IMG/VR virus record: IMGVR_UViG_3300046450_001953
Coordinates: 3,414-67,413 of that record
Direction: 5' to 3' (one strand)
Source: a virus
Length of the DNA stretch: 64,000 nt
Part shown: piece by piece, positions 42,642 to 53,700 of the stretch
Layout: each line of letters begins with the position of its first letter
Numbering within the stretch: position 1 is the first letter of the stretch
Notes under the pieces: model-generated
What the model saw: the letters and a program-made list of their open reading frames with translations, nothing else
The model's database searches: none
Told to the model about the DNA's origin: nothing
Position numbers and translations under genes: made by a program

Positions 42642-43313
42642 ATGGGTTATTTAAATAATGAAACAATAACTGTTCATGCGGTTTTAACGAGAAAGGGACG
42701 AGAACTCTTAGCATCTGAGAACGGATTGAACATCACAAGTTTTGCGCTTGCAGACGATGAAGTAGATTATACACTCTATGACCCCAACCATCCAGAGGGG
42801 TCTCAATATTATGATTCTGCGTTAAGAAGCATACCTGTATTTGAACCACTCACAGATGAAACTCAGTGTTTGAAGTATAAACTTGTTACATTGCCCCCTG
42901 GAACAGAATACATACCCACAATTAAACTGGGTCAACAGAATATTATTATTGATAAAACATATAATGGGGTGATAAATATTACACCAACAACAGAACCTGT
43001 GTATAATACTACACTTGGATATACTGCGGTTTTGTCAAATAGAAATGTTGGAACACTGACGGGAACTGGACTAGATATTGAATCGTCTCAAACCGCATCT
43101 ATATTTCTAGGTGACTCCTCAAGTGAAATGGCAACAACGGAAGTCGGATTTTCATTCACATTTAAACCAAATAAGAGCATAACAACGGATCAACGAGCAA
43201 CCCTCACAATTATAGGAAACGAAAGTGGTGGTTCAACGTCAATTCCAGTTATAGTAACTGTGGTATCGTCTGATGAAAACTCCGAACAAGATTTAATGAA
43301 AAATTTCCTATGA
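42642..43313 (+). CDS. Conserved virion structural protein
   Basis: MGYLNN...VLTRKGRELLA...ITSFALADDEVDY.LY. Preceded by ATATTTAT at 42601. Confidence 0.8.
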   Translation: MGYLNNETITVHAVLTRKGRELLASENGLNITSFALADDEVDYTLYDPNHPEGSQYYDSALRSIPVFEPLTDETQCLKYKLVTLPPGTEYIPTIKLGQQNIIIDKTYNGVINITPTTEPVYNTTLGYTAVLSNRNVGTLTGTGLDIESSQTASIFLGDSSSEMATTEVGFSFTFKPNKSITTDQRATLTIIGNESGGSTSIPVIVTVVSSDENSEQDLMKNFL

Positions 43314-44719
43314 GCATATACAGAGAAATTGAAGAAACTGATAAAGTTTTCGGCCGAGTAAGAAAAGTCTCGGCCGGATTATTTTCCACTGGGTTTGAGT
43401 TAACAGACTTTCACTTTGATAAAACTGAAATAAAAAGCAGTATATCGGGGTGGGTACAACCGGATATAGATAATACAGATAATCCGTCTGTTCATATTCA
43501 ACCAGAGATAAATGAATTTGGTAATACAACCAACTATCCAACGGATAATTCTTCCGATGAGTCGGAAACCACTGAAATCAACAAAGAACACTGGAACAAT
43601 GTATCCTTTGGTGATTACTATGTAAATGTATATAACGAAGAAACATACAAGGATGGTGTTCCAAACGACAACTCGTCCTCTCAATTTTCAATATCATATG
43701 GAAATAAAAACGGATATGGTTCTTTAAACGAAAGTAAATCAACATCGGCAACACAGGCCGTATATAATCAATATAAAAATATCTTATTGGGCCCTGGTGA
43801 TTCTTCGTGGACATTTGCATTAGATTCTGCAACTGCCAATTTTAAAGACAGAGATTCTATTTATGTAATTAATTTTTCATCTGCAAACTTAAAAGAAAAG
43901 TTTGATCCGGGTAATTTAGAATTTAGGTTGTCGGTAAAGCACGGTGATATAGTAGAAACCGAAACATTCAGAGATGATAGTAGATTCTCTTCATCAAATT
44001 CATCAAGAAATCCATCCACCGGAAAAGTTTATCAAATCGTGCGAGGTGCAATTGTAGACGAATTTAGTGAAGACGCTAGATACGCAACCGGAACGGGGGA
44101 AGGTTCTGGGGAAGGTTTTGGATTCGCATATCCAGATTTGGGAATACTCATATTAAATCCATTTGCATTGTCATGTCATTTTGGAACGAGGATTGAAGAA
44201 CGGCTAGTTGAGTTGGGTAACTCTCAAGAAGCATCCACGAAAACCAACACAGGTCGTCAGTTATCTTGGTATGGTAATGTGGACCCGAGTGAGTCCAGTG
44301 ATGAAGATGGTTCTTCGGACTTGAGATATGGAACGGAGAGGAATCACCAAAACTTTATGAAGTTATTTGGTGCAATTAAACGTGGCTCGTCTTTCAAGTC
44401 TCGGAGCACAGAATATGTTCCATCTAAGCATTACTTTATACGAGTTAAAAATACAGATTTTAATTATAGCAACAACCCGTCTTTTGTTTATGGTGGTAAA
44501 GAAGCAACGCAGCTACACGAAGAAGGAAACGGACCTAACCGAGATTATTGGGTTGGCCGACTAAGACACGAAGACTTCATAGATGATCCGAAATCATATA
44601 TAACAACCATCGGCCTGTACAATGGGGACAACGAACTCGTCGCGGTCGCGAAGCTGAGTGTTCCTGTTTTAAAAAGTTTTGATACCGAAACTCTTATCAA
44701 AGTTAAATTAGACTTTTAA
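43310..44719 (+). CDS. Virion structural protein (baseplate/tail-collar-like C-terminus)
   Basis: FNYSNNPSF...SYITTIGLYNGDNELVAVAKLS.P C-terminus, paralogous to the C-terminus of 44762-54589. Confidence 0.8.
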   Translation: MSIYREIEETDKVFGRVRKVSAGLFSTGFELTDFHFDKTEIKSSISGWVQPDIDNTDNPSVHIQPEINEFGNTTNYPTDNSSDESETTEINKEHWNNVSFGDYYVNVYNEETYKDGVPNDNSSSQFSISYGNKNGYGSLNESKSTSATQAVYNQYKNILLGPGDSSWTFALDSATANFKDRDSIYVINFSSANLKEKFDPGNLEFRLSVKHGDIVETETFRDDSRFSSSNSSRNPSTGKVYQIVRGAIVDEFSEDARYATGTGEGSGEGFGFAYPDLGILILNPFALSCHFGTRIEERLVELGNSQEASTKTNTGRQLSWYGNVDPSESSDEDGSSDLRYGTERNHQNFMKLFGAIKRGSSFKSRSTEYVPSKHYFIRVKNTDFNYSNNPSFVYGGKEATQLHEEGNGPNRDYWVGRLRHEDFIDDPKSYITTIGLYNGDNELVAVAKLSVPVLKSFDTETLIKVKLDF

Positions 44720-44761
44720 AGATAACGTATAAATATTTAGATATAAATATATTTATATGTT

Positions 44762-47700
44762 GTGATAAAGATATTAAAATTATCAAATAAGTCTGTTAGA
44801 AGATTTACCACCAACAAAGAGTGGAAGTATAGTACACTAAGTTCTGATGACTCGTTGGTACTTGAACAGGGTGACGATATACCAATATTCCTAGATTCGG
44901 AGACTCAACTTGCAACCGAACAAAACAAAGCCGACTTTAAACTGAACATAACGCACGGTAAAAATATAAAGGGAACTTTCTTTTCCAAGGATAGTAAGTA
45001 TTTTGATGAGAAAACTGAACCACTGAATTACGACGGGTCATATCAGAGGGTAGTGTACAATTCTATGAAGCACCTGTTCTACAATGAATATGGTCTAGCT
45101 GGAAATATAAAATATGATAAGTACTACAAAAACCCACTGAATGTATTTGGGGGAGAGTCGGGAAAATACACACCCCTCGATTTTAAATCAGACATAATTG
45201 GTCAAGACGATGATGGTGAACGTCGAGTTCTTGGTGACGAGGTAACTGTGTTGGAAATACCCACCCATGTGTTTGGTGAGAAGATCAAACCCACTTCGTT
45301 TAAGATAACTGATTATAGTTCTCCGTATGATGCAATAGAGATAACCGATGACGGAAACACAAATTTGGTAGTTGGTTCTAAGACATTCAATGAAATATCC
45401 GAAGTAGGTTTAAATAAATTTATAATTGCGGATACCGAAACTTCCTCGGCCGACAAAAAGATCAACATAGATTACACAGACTTAACCTATGGATATGTCG
45501 TAGCCTCTTCTGATGATTACTTTATATCCGGAGCCCCTATTTTAACAGACTCTCCCTCGGAACTTCAATCCGGCCGTGCGTCTTTGCATAAGTACGATAA
45601 ATCAACAAAGAGGTTTGAACTCTTGCGTGAATTCTATTGTCCGTTTACTCAAAGTGGTATTGCCCACGAAACGGCGAACGATAATTGTCAGTTCATATTA
45701 ACTGAACTTGGAAATATTGTAACTTCTGAAAATTCATTAATAAATGATAGCTTTGGAAAATCCGTTGAGTTGTGTGGGGATATATGTGCAGTTGGATCAC
45801 CCAACTCTCATATAACAGGAAGAAACAGTGACCAAGCAACTGGTCATATTTTTGTGTATGATAAAAACAAAGGCGGGTCTGATAATTGGGGGATAGTAAA
45901 TGTGTTTGAGGGTGATCCGTCTTCCGAGTTTGGTACATCAATTTCGGTTGATGGTGATTACATGGTGGTCGGAGCTCCTAATTTAAACGATGGTAACGGT
46001 GGAGTATATGTTTTTAAGAAAACGAAAAGAACCAAATCCCACCCGTGGATTAAGACATCAACCATATATGAATCATATAAGTGGAACGATGTCATCAAAA
46101 AATATGAAGGCCTACCAAAACAAGATGATGAAGACTACATCAAGTATCTGCGTAGACGTGATGTTATAGTTTCTAAAAAAATATTAAAAAATAGAGAACA
46201 TTTACAAGAAAAGAAAGACTTGGGGGAAATAACCGAAGAAGAATACATTGACAATTTAACTACACCCGATGATTACAGTCAAGTGTTCCCGTTTAACTAT
46301 TTGTACTCCCACGGGGATGATTGTTCTGAGGTTGCTGGCATTGAAAATATGTGGTACAAACATCGGTATTGGAATGCAAAAACACACCCAAGTGTAAAGT
46401 GCAAGATTTCGGAGGATAACAACTATTATCAAAAAGCAGTATGGCCCGGATATATTGCAGACGAGAATGATGGCAGTTATATACCAAACCCCGATCACGA
46501 ACAAAATAAAGAAAATAAGTGGGCGTATCGTTGGAAAGTTCAAAATGTTTCTGGTGATAACACATCCCTTGGGTTATTTGAAGAGGATGAATTTGATTGC
46601 AACGATGAGGGTGTGTCTATGTTTTCGGGTCCAACTGTGAATACATTTGGAGATGCGAATAAGTATCCTGTGAATGAATATACAGAATCCCCAACAGGAT
46701 CACTTGGAGATACTACATTTGATTTGATTGGAATGGTTCTCCCACCAACTAAATCAATACGTCGTTTTGGTGAGAATGTGAAATTGAGGGGGGATAATTT
46801 ATATACATCAAATCCATCTACATCAACACCACGTTGTTATGCATATAGTAAACAAACTAACAAGTATGGGTGTGAGGTGTGGGAACTAACGCATACGTTA
46901 TCCGATACAGGAATGATGGGTCATTCTACAAAAGAACCAACACTAACTCCATCTATCAATTCCGTGTCAATCAATTATTATGATTCTTATGTTGAAGTTG
47001 AGTTGTGTCCATCTATTGAGGATTATGCTACATGGGTATGGAAGTTGGACAGTGCATTGGTTGACGAACACAAAACAACTGGATCAAAAAAGATAGTTGG
47101 TGGTTCTCGGGTTGAGAAGTGTGACTCAATTTGCCCCCGTGATATAAATTATTTATTTCATGCAAGATATGATAAAATCAACAACAAAGACGCAGGCCAG
47201 ATTCCTTCAAATTACGGAACATCAACGGATTTAAAATTTGAGTTTTTCCCATCCTACATCAAGGTTGATACACTTAATGTAGATTATGCCCACACCACCG
47301 ACATGGGTGAAGTAAAAGTAATGTTTACAGTTGAATTATCAGAAACCAAGTCGTGGAAATATCAAATATCGGGCAATCCAATTATACATAATATGCTCGT
47401 CCAAAACGAAGGAGCAGTTACATCAGCTGAGTTTATCACATCACCTGGTGAATATACACTCACGGTATGGGCAATTGATTCCCCTGCACCACCCACATCG
47501 AATTATTCTAGGGATAAACGATTTTTTCGGATACATGAACCAACTGCAACCCCAACCCCAACACACGCACAGACCCCAACCCCCATACCAACAACCTCCA
47601 CACCAGAACCAATCATAGTTGATCTCACACACCGAATCTCCGGTAGAGACCGATACATTCGGGACCACGACGATTGGGTTGACAGATCACCGAAGACATC

Positions 47701-50700
47701 ACCTAAGTTTTTCAGCAAAGCAAGACTTTCAAACTCATTCTATAAGATAGATTCAATCGGTTCTCCAACTTCAACCCCTGATACTAACACAACCCCAACA
47801 CCAGTCCCTGCGACAAACATCAGTCCAATTGGTTTGTCATGGAAAAACTTTAGAGAAAATATTTCATTTGTATACCCCAATGTCAAAGCAGGAACCAAAC
47901 CTTCGTTTATGACAATATACTCGAATGCAGGAAAGACAAACGTTGGAAAATATGATCCGATACACACTGTTGCAGAAATCGGAGCACAAGAAACATTAAA
48001 CGGAGAATTGGTTCGTTTAATTTTCAACGTCGGCCAAGGTGAATCTGAGTTCTATTATGAGTTTTTGTTTATGGGTTCTGTTGAAGGAACACACTTCACT
48101 TTAAACGAACTCACAAATAAACTTGATTATCAATATACCTTACCTGCCAATTTAGGTAACCACATATCAATTTCATCCGCATCTTTTAGTGACACATTTC
48201 TTGATAATAAATCTAACGCCAAGTTCTTCAGTAAAGGTGAGACTGGATTGTCTTATGTAGATTCAAGTGCTGATGATAATACAATTGCATTGTCTTGGAA
48301 AAACTTCCGAGAGAATGTTTCGTTTTCGTATCCAAGTGTCAAAGCAGGAACAAAACCTTCGTTTATGACAATATATTCAAACGAAGCAAAAAACTCTGAT
48401 GGTAGTTACAACCCAATTCACACTTTGGCTGAAGTCGGAGCTCAAGAGACATTAAATGGAAAGAAAGTTAGACTCACATTCAACACCGGATCTATCGGTG
48501 GTGATGAGTTTTACTATGAGTTTTTGTTTAGAGGTTCTGTTGAAGGGACTCACTTCACTTTAAATGAACTTAGGGATAAGTTTGATTATGAATGCACACT
48601 TCCACCAAACCAAGGACATATCAAGTCTATTGCAGATGAGCAGTTTGATGACTTTTTATCGGCCCACGCAGCTGCAAAATTCTTTAGTAAAGGTGAAAAT
48701 GAACTATCTTATGTAGAACCACACACAGACGATGATACACTTGGATTGTCGTGGAAAAACTTTAGGGAAAATGTTTCGTTTTCATACCCAGCAGTAAAGG
48801 CCGGAACAAAACCCTCCTTTATGACCATCTATTCAAATGAAGCACGACAAGAAGACGGGGGTTATGATCCAATTTATACACTCGCAGAGATTGGTGCACA
48901 AGAAACTCTCAATGGAGAGACGGTTAGACTTACGTTTAATACAGGGTTTGTGGGTGGTGATGAGTTTTACTATGAGTTTATATTTAAAGGAACTCCAACG
49001 GGTACTCATTATACTTTAAGTGAGTTGAGAGATGTTGTAGACGATATGCCGGAACTTCCTGCGAACCTGGGAGTAATACGAAAGATAAGAGACTTTAGAA
49101 CGAAAGATATTTTTAAGAAGTGCAGACAACCCAAGTTCTATTCCAAGGGTGAAAATGAATTGTCGTATGTGGATCCCTGGTCAACCACCGGAACAATTGC
49201 GTTGTCTTGGAAAAACTTTCGGGAAAACATATCCTTTTCCTACCCACCTGTAAAGGCAGGAACCGAACCTTCCTTCATGGCAATTTACTCAAATGAAGCA
49301 AAGCAAGATGATGGCAGTTATGACCCACTTTATATGCTTGCCGAGATAGGGGCTCAAGAAACACTCAATGGACAAACCGTAAAATTAATCATAAACGCAG
49401 ATAATTGCGAGGCCGACAAGACTAAATATTATGAGTTTATGTTCCGCGGATCGCATGAAGGCACTCACTATACTTTAAATGAACTTGTCACAGAACTTGA
49501 CTACGACTGCACACTACCACCGAACATAGGAACTTACGTATCTATCGATGAATTCTCCGATGAGAATGCAAAGTTTTTTAGTAAAGGTGTGAATGCGTTG
49601 TCTTATGTAGAACCCTGGTCAGCTGCCGATACAATTGCATTGTCTTGGAAAAACTTCCGAGAGAATGTTTCGTTTTCGTATCCAAGTGTCAAAGCAGGAA
49701 CAAAACCTTCGTTTATGACAATATATTCAAACGAAGCAAAAAACTCTGATGGTAGTTATGATTCTATGCACACACTTGCTGAAGTCGGAGCTCAAGAAAC
49801 TCTCAATGGAGAGACCGTTAGACTTACTCTTAATACGGGGTCTGCTGGGGGTGCTGAAGTTTATTATGAGTTCATGTATATTGGTTCAATTGAAGGCACT
49901 CATTTTATATTGAATGAGTTAAAGGATAAGTTTGAGTATGACTGCACACTTCCACCAAACTTTGGAAGTTATGTTTCATCCGATGATAAAAAATTCTTTA
50001 GTAAGGGTGTGGGAGGAATACCATATATAGAACCTTGGTCACCAACTGGTACTATGGCGGTGTCTTGGAAGAACTTCCAAGAGAATGTTTCATTCTCGTA
50101 CCCAGCAGTCGACACCGGAACGGTAACAACGACCATGAGCATTTATTCTAACGATGCAAAGCAACCTACCGGCGGATATTCCCAATTAAAGATACTTGCT
50201 GAAATAGGTGCACAAGAAACTCTAAATGGAGAGAAGGTTAGACTTACTCTTAATACTGGGTCTGTTGGAGGTGATGAGTTTTACTATGAGTTTATATTCA
50301 AGGGTTCTGAACTTGGTACACATTTTACATTAAACGAACTCAAAGATAAGTTTGAGTATGAGTGTACACTTCCACCAAACCTTGGTGGGTATGTAGAGTT
50401 GGGTGGTCTTGATTTTGAAGATTTCTTACTGAACAGGAGTGAGGCAAAGTTTTTTACAAAGACCCCGTACCAAGACTCGTATTCAGAATCAACTCTTTCT
50501 GACGATACCATATCCTTGTCTTGGAAAAACTTCCGAGAGAATGTTTCGTTTTCGTATCCAATTGTCAAAGCTGGAACAAAACCTTCGTTTATGACGATCT
50601 ATTCAAATGGAGCAAAATTAAAAGACGGTAGTTACGATCCACTTTATACCCTTGCAGAAATAGGCGCACAAGAAACCCTCAATGGTCAAAAGGTTAGACT

Positions 50701-53700
50701 TACTCTTAATACGGGGTCTGTGGGGGATGACGAATTTTATTATGAGTTTACGTTTGACGGAGATGTGGACGGAACACACTATACATTAAATGAACTTATC
50801 GACAGAGATGATGAACACTTTCAATTGAATCGTGGGACTCATTTGGAGAAGATCTATATCGATGCACTGAAACCCAATAAATCATCTCATATTCAAAAGC
50901 AGAGGATTGAGTTTGTTACAGAGCAATATGCTGAAAAACTAACAAGAGAATATACCGAGCAACTTATTGGAGTAAAGTCGTTTGGATGCCTTCCGGCAAA
51001 CAAAGGTACCCCGACAAAAAACAACATGTCCCGAGTACCTGATGATATGCTTCAAAGTGGAGCAGATGCCCAATGGTATTCACGGAACGAAGACCTGTGG
51101 TATAAAGAAAATTCAAATCTTCAAAACGAGATTGAAATTAGTTGGAACAATGTTAGAGAAAATGTATCGTTTCACTACCCAACAAAGGTCGCGGGTGAAA
51201 CCCCGATCACGATGAAAATTTATGCACCGAATCACAGACTGAAGCAAGCATTGCCTGCTTCTGGCCGAGACTCACAAGTACATATACCAGACTATATACT
51301 CGCAGAGATAACTGCAACTGAAACCCTAAACGGAGAGGTTGTACGACTAACTTTTAATACTGGGATGGACACTGAGTTTTTCTACGAATTCCTTTTTGAC
51401 GGAACATCAGAAGGAACACAATATACACTCGATGAATTATCATGGAAACCATCCCCACGACTTAAAACACCGTTATTAATAAGGTCTCCTGAATTTGAAC
51501 ATTGTAAGATTAGAATTGATAAGGAATCTATTGGTTCTGGGTTTCATGTGTTACACTTGGCACTTGTGGATGCTAATAACATACCCATTGACGATGAATC
51601 CACACTTGGATTTTTTAATAACCCCACATTGTATGACACGCAACCCAGACAGATGTTAGTTAACAAGACATTTAGGTATGGGGATATAAAGTCGGAATTC
51701 GGAACTGCACTCGATGCTTCGGATGAGTATTTAATAATTGGAAACCCATCCGACAGAGAATACTCACCACTAAGTGACCAAAGAAAGGAATATGAAGCTG
51801 GTGCGGTTTTTGTATTTAGGTTGAGTTCAAGTGGTGGGATCGATTTTTTCAAAAAGGTATACGGAGAATCAGACTCTGAGGTATATTTTAATTTCAGATT
51901 TGGGTGTGATGTGTCCTTACTCGGAGACAACTTTTTAGTTGGAGGATATGCAGATGAGTATTCGGACATAAGTATAGTAGAGTCAGGTTCCGAAAAGAAA
52001 GTGGAGATAGAGGATTTTATCTTTGGTGCATCAAAATTTACAGATGACTCATATGCAACAACTGAAGTACTTATTACAAACTATCAACACGACTTGAATT
52101 CAGAATTCGGTGATGTGGTCATTAAAATTGATATAGGTTCACTTGATATTGATAGAACTAAACTATCTGATATTGAAGTCCGAGCAGATTTCATCGACAC
52201 CGGCCGTGACACTATCCGAATAGAGGAAGTCCGTGGCCACGGTACAGATGGTATAAATGGTGTGTATGTGAAAATGAAGAACCCCATTAATGTTAAAGAT
52301 GGGTGTGATATAGAAGGTAGTGAGAGCAGCCGTGTTTATATGAGTAAGAACGGTTGGTCGATTTATTGGGAAGACATACGGGACACATGGGTATTGACAG
52401 ACACACCAAACACTTCGCATGAGTATCAAGAAACATTTGCGTGGAAAGATTACCACCGGGCATTTGACCTTTCTGTTGGTCTTGATGAGTTTGATATACT
52501 ATCAACGGAGAATCTGTCTAAATTGTTTGAACTATATGAGGTTACGGACTCCACCCAAACCAACACATGGAAATCTCGAATACAGAACGTATATCCAGAA
52601 AATAAACTTCTTTACATTGATTTGATTATTGAACTTGAATCAATTGGTACATTGGATATCACAGAAGATGTGGTAAAGAAGTTATTTAGTTTATATAGAC
52701 TCCACTCGGTCAAGAGAATCGGTTCTGATATAGAGGCCCGGTGGTTGGGGTCTATGGAAACGACCAAGAGCATCTTACCAATAATAAATGAACTAAACGC
52801 AGTTAATTCAATTTATGTGAATTTTGAGTTGCTAAAAAGAACTATTTTCGAATTATATAAGATTTCCGATGGTGATGTGATGATATCATGGGCCAAGAGA
52901 CTTGGGTATAATTACACATTGACTGATGTATTATCCGAAGTCAGACCCACGTACTATGACAAAATAAATAAACGGAACTTAAATATATTATTCAAAATAC
53001 ATGGTGTACCCGTTGGGGAGTTCCGTGATAAATGGGAATCTCGTATAAATCTTGGGTTTTTATTGTGTGACGTATATAGTGAAATAACTAATCGTAATAC
53101 CATCAATTTCTCGATGTCATCCCAATCATCGTCGATGGATATGCCAACCAAATTCACACATGGGTTCGGTAGTTTGGAAAACTTAAACATAAAGGTTACT
53201 TCTAACAACGACACCACCGGCCAGAACGGTTCACTTGCATGGGGAATATACCGAGACGAAACAAGAATAGTGGGCTCGCAGATTCATATATATGTTAATA
53301 TGTTGGATAGTATAGACTTTCCAGATTCAATCATATTTGTCTATAATTCTATTAAGAATGCGGTTAATGGATACGCATATTATTATAGTATACATGAGGG
53401 TGAATGTAATCGTGTAAAAAGACTAAAAACGAACAAAGGAAAATATACGTGTAAAAAGCAATATGGTCACTCGGTTTCGTTGAGTAAGGATTTCCTATAT
53501 ATAGGTTCACCCATTCTTGGTAATTTTAATATAGATAACTTGGTGACATTTGGTTTCTCCCCGATTGTGTCGTTCGGAACTTCGGATAAAATGTTTCTTG
53601 AATACGATGAAATTCATCCAAAATATATAAATGATTTGAATAAAAACGTAGTTGGTTCTGTTATATCATATGACCACTCTGCACTACGAGATGATAAAAA

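Noticed and set aside
48279-49758. Possible DGR template/variable repeat pair
   Set aside because: The copies are identical rather than differing at adenines, both are coding within one gene, and no reverse transcriptase is in the window.
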